Shown here: in pieces, positions 1 through 12,560 of the stretch
Layout of the letters: every line of letters starts with the position of its first letter
How positions within the stretch are numbered: position 1 is the stretch's first letter
NCBI GenBank assembly: GCA_965202585.1
Contig: OZ241829.1
Span: 29,078,001-29,142,000 of the forward strand
DNA length: 64,000 nucleotides
From: Thalia democratica
Lineage: Eukaryota
Reading direction: 5' to 3'
Notes under the pieces: generated by a model
The model's database searches: none
The model's input: only the letters and a program-made list of their open reading frames with translations
What the model was told of the DNA's origin: nothing
Made by a program: the position numbers and the translations under genes

Positions 1-727
1 ATGAAGAATAGTATTTTCGTTTATAACAATAATTAATCAAGCAATTGTAATTATCTAACTTAACTAGATTATAATTTGGTAGAATTTGAACTAACGTTTA
101 AGCTCTGTTTAACATTACAAGTTTACAAATATAAATTTTCTGTAGTATTTCAGAAGTAATACAATAAAAAACTTAAACTTCAAGTCTGACTTGAGTAGTT
201 GAAGAAGTGTGTTTGGAATAATTGTAATTTAGTCAGATAAACAAGAAATGTATTTTTAGGCTATGCTTACTTAAAAGATAGAATATATATGCGGCATACA
301 TATTTTTTTCTTAAGTTTGCAGGCTTATTCCGAGTTTGAAAAAATTGAAACCATAAAAAATAATCTCAATAATACTGAATGAAAATTAAATGCACTTCAG
401 CATTAAAGATAATTCTATTAATTAAATATCAGTTGTAAAATATATTATTCTACTATAAAATCATTGGAAAGATGATTCGTTTGCAAATGAAAGCAACTAA
501 CAATTGCTAAACTAAAAACAGGGACGGTGTTGATATGGTAAAAAGCAAAAATTTCAAAAGTGACAAAAAGATAGCAAATACAAGTTTTTTTTAAGTTTTA
601 ATTACTTACAGATTTACTTATTTTATCAACAAAAAAATCGAAAATTCACAGCCTAAAAACTACATAGCAATAAAAGCTTCAATTAATCTATCATTTATAC
701 AAAATTTACACAAAAGACTAAGCAAAC

Positions 728-3700
728 CTCGGCAGGCTGCGAGTATAGAAACTTGTGGATGGTCTTAAGATCCGCGACCACATTCTTCTGTAAGTTGTGC
801 TCGACCATGGGGTGGTCTGCTAACACGACTCCACTCCTGGTAAAAATACTTTGATTATTAAACAGATGAAGTAAATAAAGTTACTGTTAGGTTCAACTGA
901 GGTCATATAAATAAATAAATGAATGCTATAAACAATTGTAAAAAACAATATTAAAATTATTTAATTTAATCATGAAAGTTACCCTTCAGGTATTTCCACG
1001 TTTTTCTTGGGAGTTGTTGCGGGCGTGTAGTCGGATGGCATGTATTTTTTTGATTTTTTTCTTTCCCTTTTGCCATCTAAAATTTCCACCGGTGCCTCTA
1101 AACTTCCCACTAAAGTAACAAATATTAGTAAGACATAACACGTTATACTATTGAACTTAAACAATTAAACAACTGCATAGTAATTTAAACTATATTTTTG
1201 TTCATGTGTAGTTTTATTTTAAAATTCTAATCTGTCACCAGTGACTCAACAAAAACTATTGAGATTAAAATAAACAATTAAAGTATTCATTAATAAATAG
1301 AAACCAACATGGAAGCTCCTCATCGGAAGAATCTTCATCTTCCCCCTCTTCATCCTCCTCATCTTCCACTTGAGTACCTTCAGTTTGCCCCTCCTCTTCA
1401 TCTCCCTCATTCTCCTGAGCTTCTTCAGTTTGCCCCTCCTCTTCATCTCCCTCATTCTCCTGAGCTTCTTCAGTTTGCTCCTCCTCCTCATCTCCCTCAT
1501 TCTCCTGAGCTTCTTCAATTTGCTCCTCATTTTTATCCTCCGGTCCTTCAGCTTGATCTTCCGCCACCTCCTCTTCTTTTTTACTCACCTCATCTTCTTT
1601 ATCCTCGCTCTTCGCATCTTCTACTTCTTTTTTATCATCTTCCGCCTTCTCAGATCCTTCTGTTGCCTTCACTTCTCCTGCCGACTGGTCTTTTACTTCG
1701 GCCTCAGGCTCATTTATTTCTTCTGCTGCTTCCGAGGGTTCTTCTTCTTTTGTGGGAGTTGGCTGTTGTTTCAGAAGAAAAGAATTTCAGTAAATTATTA
1801 TTATTAATTTATTTATTTTTTAGTTCTTATAGTTTGAATAAACTGCCTCACTGTTTAAGGCTTTTTTGTAACATTTTTTACGATAGTAACTTAGTTAACA
1901 GTTGTTTTCCTTAAATCAGTAAAAATCTACCTCCTTTTATGATTTTTGAGCAGTTGTTTTACAACTTTTTTTAGTCTAACCTTAGATAAAATACAAACAA
2001 CTTGTAGGAAATAGAATTTCTTACTTTTAGCAAATTTTGTTAAAATATTTCTTTTTTAATTTGGTGGCTTTTTTTTTCTCATTTGAAGTTGTTAGCAATG
2101 TTAAAAAGAACATTTCCTAAAGACTTTAAGTAAATTGCTTGAAAATATAGGAAAATATAGACTTAAAACAGGGCATAAAAATTATATTTTTCTTAATTTT
2201 GTATTACCATTTAAAAAACTGATATTATTCCAAAATTAATAAAACAATTTAACAATAAAAATTATCTTATAGTACACACTAGGGGCGTAGCATGGGGAGG
2301 GACACTGGTACATATGTGCCTCCTAAAAAAAGAAGAAAAGAAGAAAAAAGTATAGATTGTATTATCTTTACTCCGTAAGTATTAAATATCCCTGCTTAAC
2401 TTGTTTATTCAACTATGTATATGTAGTTTTCTGAAAATAAACAATTTTTTTGAATACCAAATTTACATAGTCGGTGCGCAGAAACAATTGTGTACCGGTT
2501 TTGATGCAAAACGCCATAAGGAAGTTTTTATAAATTCATAAACTCCATATTAATTAAGATTCAAAAAGTGTGCAGTGCTGTTTGTGCACCGTGGTATTAA
2601 CAGTTATGATAGATTATTTTACAAGGAAATATACCAACATTTTGTACACATACCATCAAGCTAAACCTATCCTATGATTATTTGATTCAACAATAAACAA
2701 ATTTTTATAAAAAAGTAATATACAACTATTAATAAAATAAGAATGAACTTAAAGAGAAAACAAATATATACAGGGAAGCCACTGATTTTCCAATTTTCTT
2801 CCAGGTTTTTAAATACACACTTATGGGTCTATTTATAGTGAGTTAAGTCAAAGGTAAGAGAAACTGTGTTTAATAATATAAAAACATTGAAAAGATACTG
2901 TAAAGCTACTTTAAATATGTTTTTTAATAAAAACAATTTTTGATGATGAAATTTTTTTTTTATCTATATAACAGATTTTTTGAGTCAAATTGAAATTTTA
3001 CTACTAAACATGTGAGAATTAATATAATTCCAGGTTTTTTTAGTTATTTTTGTTTTAAATTCCAGGTTTTTCCAGGTTTTTTTCAAAATTTCTCAAATTC
3101 CAGGTTTTTCAAGGTTTTTCCAGGTTTTCAGGTAAAGTGGCAACCCTGTATATAATAATTTATAAAATAAATAAAAAACATAAAAGAAATTAAAAATAAT
3201 AACTAAATATTACAACTTAAATAATAAATCGGCAGTGCATACTGTAAATACAGTATTAACCTCACTATACAAAAAGACTAAGTTTAAGTTTGGTAAAAGT
3301 AGTTTTTATTAACTTTAAAAAGGGAACAAACCAAAAATTGTAATTGTACCAACCAGTAGAGTTAAAAAGTTCATCAATTTTTGTTGCAAATTAGTCTACT
3401 AGTTTTTTCACCTTTTTTTTTAATATTCCTAAGACTCTTAATTCCTATTAGTTAGTTTATTTTTATTTAATAGATTTTTTTTTAAGTTTTAACACTTTAT
3501 AGGTTGCTAGAGGGTGATTTTAGTAAGTTTGAATTGAAATTTTTAAAGTATTCAGAAAACTGTATCAGAAACTTTTATAAAACTGGTTAGATCTCAGGAT
3601 AGCCACACACTCATAATTCTCAGTACAACTCAGGATATTTTAAGTTTTCTTTTAAACTCAAGCTGACTTAGGATAGTTTAATTTTATATAATAAACTAAG

Positions 3701-5480
3701 ATAGTATTAACATTTCTTTTATTTCAGGACACTTTTTTATAGATTTTGAATGAGATTAAGTTGCATTTTTTGTTGTTTTAAAACCAATTTTGTTATAGAA
3801 CTTTTTTATTACTTTGGAAAAACAAAGCAAATTTTTTGGGGTCAATTTTCTCAGAAATTTAAAAAATCATTAAAAATATATCTTCTCCTTCATTTTTTGA
3901 GCTAAAGACCTCAAATTTTTAGGAAACGTTCCTTACATAGTTTAAAAGACTTTGAATTTTGGAATTTTAAAAATAATAAAAAATAAAAATTTCAGATTAA
4001 AAAACAAAAAATAGGTTGTTATTTATAATAAAAATTTTATTTTTCAAAATTAAAAAAATTCCTGCATTCCATCTTTTTAAAATTTGATAATACATTTTCA
4101 GAGAAAATTTGAAGAAGATTGCTTAAAAATTAAGGAGGAGTTGGATTTTTAGTTACAGTCTTTTTTGCGTTTTTAATTTGTGCCTTCCATTAGGAACCTA
4201 TTGAGGTCACCAACTTTGATTGCTCATATCTCAAAATTTACTTTAAACTTTTTCAAGCGGTTAAAAATGTCTGATAGATCAGATAAAACTCTATAAAATA
4301 AGATTGTAAAAATCAAGGTGGACCTCCCCCTTATGCCCTTAATGATACTGTTTATGCATTATTTAATGATGCATCAAGTATAGCTTATGGAGCATTTAAG
4401 TCAAAACTTGAGGGAAAGACTCCAAACTTAATTATTATTATGACTATTACTAGTGAACAGTTATCACTATTTCTATTTTTTAATTATTAGTTATATCTTT
4501 TAACTGTTTTCGATTTATTGTTTAAACCATCAATTCCCATTTATGTCTGCAGATTTCAAAAATATTATTCTCTTAAGCTTAACTTATTTGTTACATTTGT
4601 TCAATTTTAATTTAATTTGAAAGAGATAAACAATGTATTTTCAAGTGTGGTAATTTACTACATTATTTTGTTTGACCTTTATAACAGAATCAGTCATCTG
4701 TTTAGTCTAGTTTTTGTAGGTTAGTATTTCATTTAGTAAGGTTTTAGAAATTTGGTAGCCCAACAATATCTTCAGGTTTAAATTGGAATAAAAAATAATA
4801 ATTGATAAGTTTAAATTTTATGAATACAAGATTTGATAAACTTTTCTTTCGTTTAATTTTGCTTTTAAATGTTGGTAAAAACTATAAAAAATTTCAAAAG
4901 ATAGATATTTGACTTAAAAGTTTAAAACAATTGATTAAAAATAGTAGATAATAGATTTTTTATGAGACAGCCATTTTTTGTCTTCCAGATAGCCTTTTCC
5001 TTAAGGAACCTATAAAAACTCTCAAAACTTGATTGTTTATGTTTTAAGTTATTTGCAATTAATCAAACAATAACAACCAACTTGTGGCTTAGTTATTTAC
5101 AAAAAAAAACTAAAAAAATAAATTTTCTCCTATGGCATTAAACAGCTTATTTATACAAAACACAATACAAAATTTCTTTTTTTGAGCTTTTAAATACTAA
5201 TAACTATTATTTTTATGCATCTTTTAAAATTAAAAAACTTTTAATTACTTAATGTATAATTGAATTAGAACACAATAGTCAAAAGACAAAAATCATATTT
5301 TTTAATGATTAAAATAATGATATACTTTAATTATTTGCAGAACAAACTGTAGTTGAAACGTTATTGAAATTTTGATTACTTCATTTTTAATTTCTTTTAA
5401 TATTTTATTGATCTAATTTTAAGTAACTTAAATAAACTCACTGTTTCAACCGGTTTACTTTCCTCTGTTGCTGTTGACAT
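728..5480 (-). CDS. DEK: DEK chromatin protein homolog, 5' part; gene continues beyond the left edge of the window
   Basis: Phase-consistent GT-AG exons 5480-5442 (MSTATEESKPVET), 1762-1309 (E/D-rich), 1109-983 (LGSLEAPVEILDGKRERKKSKKY...EIPEG) and 836-728 (SGVVLADHPMVEHNLQKNVVADLKTIHKFLYSQPAE). The GKRERKK, IPEG and DLK.IHK.LY motifs match the DEK pseudo-SAP region as I recall it. Extra exons between 1762 and 5442 cannot be excluded. Confidence 0.85.
1375..1525 (-). repeat. Coding tandem repeat, 42-45 nt unit (QTEEAQENEGDEEEG), about 3.3 copies, inside the DEK acidic exon
   Basis: Plus-strand unit cagtttgcccctcctcttcatctccctcattctcctgagcttctt repeated nearly perfectly. Confidence 0.95.
2771..3148. 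mobile_element. MITE with CAGGGTTGCCAC-type TIRs and subterminal (TTCCAGGTTTT)n repeats
   Basis: Left end cagggaagccact, right end gtggcaaccctg. Related copies at 62014-62346 (full) and partial at about 34607-34720, 44990-45273 and 63770-64000. Confidence 0.7.
3820..4338. mobile_element. Kolobok-like MITE, partial copy
   Basis: Ends ccccttatgccc|ttaa; internal sequence aligns with 62960-63442. Confidence 0.7.
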
Positions 5481-5720
5481 TGCAAAAAACTCAAAACAAA
5501 AACAAAATAAAGCTGCAAAATAAATAGTTATATCTAACATGTAACTTTGAAAATACAAAAAATAAAAGGTAATAATTATACTTTATTTTACCTTGAGCTA
5601 AATTTTTTTTTTGTTTTGTTTGTCTTCTCTAATTTTACAATTATTTTATAATTAGTTAGTCAAAAAAATTTCAGAAAAGTTTTTAACAGAAATAGGATAA
5701 AAACACATACTATTATATGT

Positions 5721-5947
5721 TTTGGCTTTAAGAAAACAAATTAAGAGATCTCAACTACTGGAGGAGAAAAAATGAATTTATTCTTTCAAGAATTTATTTT
5801 ACAAACTAAGTTATGGTCAAAGACCTCTTCAGTGCTCAAATAAATTTAAAAAGACTGTTACATACTTTTTTAGATTTATTTAAGCACTGAAGAGGTCTTT
5901 GACCGTAACTTAGTTTGTAAAATAAATTCTTGAAATAATAAATTCAT
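5721..5947. repeat. Penelope-type pLTR fragment forming a 74-bp-arm inverted repeat with two core-mutated hammerhead copies
   Basis: Arms 5772-5845 and 5874-5947 (3 mismatches, 28-nt loop). Each carries CTGAAGA-GGTC-TTT-GACC followed by a mutated GAAA (GTAAC on +, ATAAC on -). Paralogous to 24335-24461. Confidence 0.7.
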
Positions 5948-6275
5948 AAAAACACATACATGATATATAAGATTTAAACCACGTTAGAAGTGTTTTATAC
6001 TTACGTTTATAAGTACATCATGTGATAACATATCTGAGTTGTGTAGAATTTTAACTGGAGTCTATTCAATAATAGTTTGTAGCATGTAATTCAAATTAGA
6101 ACTGCTTTATAATAAAATTTATAAAATAATTTATAACAGACTAAAGGAGATAATAAAATTAAAACATAAGTAGTTAGTTATATAACTTTAAGTGTAGCAG
6201 GAAGGTCCTAATAACTGTAAATGATTAATTATTTTAATATCTATTTTAGTTGATTGTTATTTTCTTATCAACTAA

Positions 6276-6943
6276 GGGCATAGGGGAGGGGGTAAATCAC
6301 CTATTTTATAACTTAGTTTTAATTTATTGAGTTTTTAATAAGCTACAAGTTGCTTTTTACAGATTTTAAAAATTCAAAATAATTTTTGAGATATACCTGA
6401 TCGAATTTGGAGACTATAATAGGCCCCTTAATGTAGGCGCAAACTAAAACCACAGATAACAAGAAATCACTTAAAATCTATATCCTCCTACAATTTTTGA
6501 GATTAATACCTCAAACATTCAAGAAATGTTCCTTGCAATATTTTAAGATTTCACTTGGAACAAAATTTTAAAAAATTAATAAATTAAAATTTTATGACAA
6601 AAAATAAAAACTGCTTTTTGTTTATTCTTTTTTTAAAACTTTTTTATTTCTTGTAAATTTTTTTCCAACAGAGTTTTATAAATATTGCAAGAAACATTTC
6701 CTGAAAGTCTGAGGTAATTATCTCAAAAAACGTAGGATAGGATTTTTAGTAAAGTAGTATTTTTTTGCAGTTTTAGTTTGCGTCTCCCATAAGGAACCTA
6801 TTGTTGCCTCCGACTTCAACCAGCTATATCTCAAAAACTATTCTGAACTTTTGAAATCTGTAAAAAGCATCTTGTAGCTTAGTTAAAACTCTATAAAATA
6901 AGACCAAATTGTAAAAAAATTAATTTACTCCCTCCCCTATGAC
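6276..6943. mobile_element. Kolobok-like MITE
   Basis: ctaa|gggcatagggg ... cccctatgac|ttaa; RR..YY termini with TTAA-type target site. Confidence 0.8.
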
Positions 6944-7207
6944 TTAATAGCATTTGTTTTTGGTTTCTTAAAAAACATATTTTTAAAACAAATAAGTTTT
7001 ATTTAATTTTCTTTCTAACACAAAATTACACAAATTACAATTTGGTCAGTGTTATAAACACTTAATTGTCTTAAACAAAATACAAATAAAAACTATGTTT
7101 TATTTTAAAAAATTATGTTTTTTATGTGTTCTAGACATGTTCCATATAAGCAACAACTCTTGTTTAAATTAAAGATGTTTGTTTAATTAATCAGCAATTA
7201 TATTTTA

Positions 7208-7889
7208 GGGACGTAGGGGGTGAGGCACTTTTTTACATTATGATCTTATTTTAAAGATTTTTAACTAAGCTAATAGTTGCTTTTTAATGTTTTGTAAAAT
7301 TCAAACTACTTTTTGAGATACAATGGTTCAATAGATTTTAAGCTCAATAAGTTCTGTATGTAATAACCAAAGTAAAAAGACAAAAAATACTATTTCATTA
7401 AAATTTTATTTCTTCTCCAACAGTTTTTAAACTATCTTTCTGAAATTTTCTTAGTCTAATCTTAAATAAATAATAAACATTTCTACTGTACCGTTTTTTA
7501 TTTTTCCTGTAATAATATTTCTTTTACTCATAAAAAAAAATATTGAATTTTTTCAATTTATTAAATTTATCTTCTTTTTTGCATTTTATTGGTGCAATAA
7601 AGTTTCTTATATTAATGTAAGGAAAATTTCCAAAAAGTTTGAGGTTATTGACCAAAAAATGAAGAAGATAGATATTTAGTGAACTTTTAAAGGTTCCTAG
7701 AAAATTGGCAATGAATAACTTATTCTCCATTTCTTTTTATCAGAAACTTTTTACACAACTAACAATATCTCAAGTGCAAATAAATATTCTTCTATTTTGT
7801 AAAAATTAACTTATGGTATATATTTAGAGTTTTCATATATGGTCTAATGTTAATTTTTGTATTAAAAAAATGTTGGACCCTTTATGCCT
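7208..7889. mobile_element. Kolobok-like MITE, diverged
   Basis: ttta|gggacgtaggggg ... accctttatgcct|ttaa; internal similarity to 6276-6943. Confidence 0.65.
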
Positions 7890-8029
7890 TTAACTTGAAA
7901 AAAAATTGTAAAACTTAATACAGTTGTGCTCTTCCATCATCAAATATAATATTTAAAATAATAAAAAATATATATATAGTATTCTTTCTTTATTACACTA
8001 ACACATGTTTCTGTGTGTTAACGGGTTAA

Positions 8030-9000
8030 GGGCATAGGGGAGAAGGGGGTAAAACACATTTTTTCAAAATTTGATCTTATTTTATATAGAACTTATAAAA
8101 TTACATAGAACATAAATAGCAGATTAAAAATAATATCAGACATTCAAATACTTGGAATTTTTCATTGGAAACTACACTAAATCAGAAAATTAGTATAGGA
8201 ACATAAGTATGTTACAGGTAACTTTCTTAAGTTGTTGCAGGTCTCAAATAAAATAAATTATAGGGAACTTAGAGAAATTTTTCAAGTAAAAAATTACAAA
8301 AATTGAAGCAAAAAAATTACATTTATAAAAAAGAAAAACCTAGCTCTACAAAACATATATATGATTTAATTTTATTTTTAGAGAACAAAACATTCAACTT
8401 TAATGCCAGTTTGATGAAAAGGTTAAAATCTGCATTAATCAACTATATTGTAAGTTAAAAAACACTAACTTCAATTTTAAAAGTAGATATAATATTTGTT
8501 ATACAACAGACTGCTCTAAATTGTAAAAGGTATTTATAAACTATTTATCATTAAGACAAAGGTGGAATACATGTGGGTTTTTGTCATAAATTTTCAATAA
8601 ACATGTTTTAGATTTAAAGAGTACCTAGGTTATATATTCAGCAGGAATTTTTTGATTTCTAACAAAAAAATAATTGGGCTGTTAGAATTAACATGTACAT
8701 TTTTATTCCACCTTACATATGCATTATTTAACTTATTCTTAAAATGCACTTAATAAAAATTTTATACCTTAGAAGAAAAAATATAAACGCTCAGAACTAA
8801 GGTCAATGGATTGGTTTGGAAAAAAGACCTTTCTGTAATCGAGCTGCACATTATTTGTTTGTAATTAATACTTTGAGCTAACTTTAAAACAATGATGAAA
8901 AAACTTAAAAAAAAACAAAAAAATACTTTAAAAGTAATTATATACACATTGAAAAAAACTGTCTAAGTTTAAAAAAGGTCCACACCGCCTCCTCCCCTAG
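8030..9000. mobile_element. Kolobok-like MITE, decayed
   Basis: ttaa|gggcatagggg left TIR; partial right TIR cctcccctag near 9000. Confidence 0.55.
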
Positions 9001-9026
9001 ATTTTGATTTTTATGATCATTTACAT

Positions 9027-9290
9027 CAGGGTTTATCAAAGTTAACTAAGTGGCCCCCTAGGGGGCCATGACAGATATTTAGGGGGCCATGAGCAGTAAA
9101 GGAGCCACAGGGGGCCATGAGGTCATAACTTGAAACTTACACTAGATGTTCTTGAGTTGCAGATGAAGAGCAAAAAAAAAGGTCTTTGGTGTTTTTTATC
9201 GTCGTTTAAGATTAATCTTGTTGAAGGGGGCCATTGCTTTTTCAATTTCTTTAAAAGGGGGCCATTTGCAAAAAAGTTTGGGAAACCCTG
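9027..9290. mobile_element. hAT (Buster-type) MITE, 264 bp
   Basis: TIRs cagggtttatcaaa / tttgggaaaccctg; perfect 8-bp TSD ATTTACAT (nnnTAnnn) at 9019-9026 and 9291-9298. Truncated inverted copy at 50399-50626. Confidence 0.9.
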
Positions 9291-10332
9291 ATTTACATTC
9301 ACGTTTTTCTTATTGCCCTTTCTACAAGAGCAACCTTTCTACAAATATGCAACAAATAAATGAGATGAAAGCTGTCACTATACATAGAATGTTTTGTATA
9401 ATCATAATACTGTAAGGGCACCATATATTTTTAAATAGTGTCTAAAAATTTTAGTATATGTGCTTGTAGGTCGGTAAAACTTTCATATTATTAAATATTT
9501 GCTTAACTGTTTTATTGGTTTGTAAACAATTCGGTTTTAAACAATAAAATCTAGTGCTGGTAATTGATTGAATTTGATTGAATATAAAATAAAATCACTC
9601 CTATAACTGAACAATTAAACTTAAAAATAAAATGATCAAACTTAACAAACACTCTAAAAAAAAACAATAATAAGAGTATTATAAATGGGTTAAATAAACT
9701 TAAAGTAAACATAAAACTAAAAAATTTAAACAAATTAAATTAAACAACCAGAGTAACTAAAAATATGAAGTTTAAACAATTTAGTTCAGGATCTCTATCT
9801 TATGAAACAGAAATCTAGTAAAACAAATAATAAAAATACACCTACTTATTTAGTTACACTGGCAATGAGGATGAAAAATTATATTATACTTAGATGCAAG
9901 AAACATAAAAAAAATTATAATTTTATAAAACCATCTTATACCAATCCAGCTCTACTTACACCCAGTTTATGAGACCAATAGCAATTAGCCCATAAAAGAA
10001 AAGTACAAACACCAATAACAAAGATATAAGTTCAACTAATAATATGTTAAGATTAAGATATAAAACAGAAGATTAACAATTATTTCTGGAGCTTAAATTT
10101 CCCAAGGTAATTAATGCTGGTGGTGTTTTAAATTTCTTATAATAGATGTTAGTCTCAACCTTGTACCCTTTGAAACAATAAACATTTTCTTGGCAAAACC
10201 AAGTGTGTTACATCATGTGTAGTTTTACTTGCCCCAAATTATCCATGATTATTAAATTAGCCTACAAAATTGGTAACTTATTACAATAATCATCTACAAG
10301 CTAATCATTGATACAATTAAACACTAACTTAC

Positions 10333-10455
10333 GATTGTCTTACAGTTTAATTAATTATAAATAGTTTTGATTAAGTTGCTGGCAACACTAGCATTGATTT
10401 TTTTTGGTAATTCTATTGAGTTTCTCATATTTTTACTATTCCCGCCCGGAAGGTT
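10333..10455 (-). promoter_or_regulatory. Candidate DEK promoter and non-coding first exon
   Basis: Clustered GTTGCTGGCAAC (RFX X-box-like, 10375-10386), TTCCCGCC (E2F-like, 10439-10446) and CCGGAAG (ETS-like, 10446-10452) in otherwise very AT-rich DNA; minus-strand donor ACAATC|GTAAGT at 10333/10332. Confidence 0.35.
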
Positions 10456-11005
10456 GAGAAATTTCAACATGTTGACTAAAATGGAGTTTAATAAAACAAT
10501 TTACACTTGGTTACTCAGAAACTAAGTTTAGTTTACTAAATCAAGTAATCAAATATGTTTTCGGGTAACTTAGTGAATTTTACAATAGATTATAGTAAGC
10601 TATTAAAATATTAAGAAATAATATATGTGCTAAAACTATTAATAGAATAAAATGTTTAGCATCATATAACTAAGAAAAGTATAGTTTTTTACGAAAAGTA
10701 TAGTTTATTTCTAACTGTAAAGTTAGATTAATGCAGTAGAAAATAAAGTAATCAAAAGTTGTTATTTTACTACTAAGAATATTTTTATTTAAGACGTACA
10801 TTTAATGATCAAACAAAGATTCTTTGATAGTAATAGAAATACTTATACTTTAAGATGTAAACAAATAATTTTGATAGCAAGTTGTTTATTTAACACACCA
10901 AAGTTCTAAAAAAGTTTAGTAGATTTGCAAAAATGCTAATTTTAGTGTAATAAATATATGTTTATTTAAACATTTTTGACTTTTAACTGACTAAAATCTG
11001 GTAAC

Positions 11006-11059
11006 TATGGTCTAAAGACCAGTTATACTAAGAAACCTTTCGGTATTGAGTAGTACACA
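11006..11059 (-). repeat. ~95-bp multi-hairpin dispersed element, degenerate copy
   Basis: Reverse complement of the consensus; divergent neighbour of the 11127 copy. Confidence 0.65.
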
Positions 11060-11126
11060 ATAAATACAGTTTAATATCTTGACGAGGACGATTAGTACAG
11101 AGTAAAATATGATTTTTTTCTTATTG

Positions 11127-11220
11127 TGGTGTACGATTCAATAACCGAAAGGTTCCTTTGTACACCAGGTCCTTAGACCAAACTTTTTGAGTGCTTTTTT
11201 TTATCGATTAATAAACAATA
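11127..11220 (+). repeat. ~95-bp multi-hairpin dispersed element
   Basis: tggtgtacga..aaccgaaaggtt..ttgtacacca ggtccttagacc aaactttttgag..aataaacaata. Confidence 0.9.
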
Positions 11221-12159
11221 TTCACTACAGAAAATTGACATTTTCAGACATTTTACTTTATTCAGATTTCATCTGATTAGTTTTAACTTTAAACTAGAGA
11301 ATTTTGCGGAGCAAGTTTAAAGAATGTTTACAAATACTTTTAAGGAATTAATTAAAAACTTCTCCATGACATTTTAAAATATTTACAGGAGTTTTGTGAT
11401 GAATTTATAGACTTCATAACCCTTTAATCAAACAATTTTTGCCTTTAATTAAAAAATTATTCTTAAAAAAAATATCCTTTCAATATAAAATATAAGTCGT
11501 AAGGAGAAAAACTAAAAGTTCATGAATAAATATAGTTCAAATATCCAGAAGATAAAAAAAAATAAATCAAGTGAGTAACATAGAACATAAAAAAAGTGTT
11601 AACCAATACGTAAAAGCAAAAAGTTTTACTGTTTTGTAAAATCGAAGTTGAAGTTAGCACTATCTCTTTCTATTAAATTTAATGAAAATATTCTCTAACA
11701 ATATCTGAATTTGATAAAGCTTCTTCTTTTTTACAAGTCTTTTCAAAAAAATCACTTAAAGACAAAAAATTTAACTTGGTAATTTAAACTGTTTTAAAAC
11801 TATACAATTCTTTTCAAATAGTAATAATACAAATAGCTATTTTATCATATGAAATAGAAAGAACACCAAAAATTATTCCTTAATATTTTATTAAACGTAC
11901 TATTTGTTCTCCGACTTTACAATTTCAATAATTTTAAATTTTCTACTAGCTATACCTTTTATAACAAGCAAATGAAAATATCATATGCTATAACAGTACA
12001 AAAAAAAAGATAGCACTACCAACCGTACACATAACAGACCAATTGCTTTGACAAGTAGCTTTTGAATTATTTTCGAGTATATAATTTCTTTAGAAATCCA
12101 TGATAATTGCTAAACGAACATTACAATTATTAGACTGTTTGCACTCATGGTTGGTGTCT

Positions 12160-12560
12160 TTTTTGAGCGATGAGTCTACTAAAATAATCTTTACAGATAT
12201 ACAAAAAGCTTTTGAACTTGTGTCTCATTCTTAATTTTGAAACATTATCCCAATACCGAATTCATAAATGTGTTGTTAGTTTGTTCAAAAAGTTTCTAGA
12301 TGATACAACCCAAAAAATAGCAGTTGATAGCAAATTTTCTGAAATTTTTACCTGTATTAGTGGGGTGTCTCAAGTGATTCGACAACTCTTATTTATATTT
12401 TATACAAATAATACAGAAGTTAATGCTAGCAGCAACATTAACCTATTCGCAAAAAAAAAAAATTTCTAACATACTTTTACAAAAAATCATTAGATAAAGT
12501 TTACCATTTGCTTAAACAATGAAAATTAAACTTAAATCCTAGTAAATGTCATGTTCTAAA
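12160..12560 (+). mobile_element. Degenerate non-LTR (CR1/Jockey-group-like) reverse transcriptase fragment
   Basis: TDIQKAFELVSH (DFxKAFDxVxH-like) and SGVSQ (SGVPQG-like) motifs with frameshifts and stops. Confidence 0.7.

Noticed and set aside
1246-1914. Three long overlapping ORFs (1309-1914 +, 1370-1807 +, 1246-1530 -)
   Set aside because: Antisense and off-frame shadows of the purine-rich DEK acidic exon, which lacks stop-forming triplets; no independent homology.
11127-11220. Twister ribozyme or tRNA identity for the 95-bp element (GGTCCTTAGACC; weak A/B-box look-alikes on the minus strand)
   Set aside because: Copies vary where twister L4 would need AAG and lack the L1 and 3' GAGGG elements; no cloverleaf can be formed.
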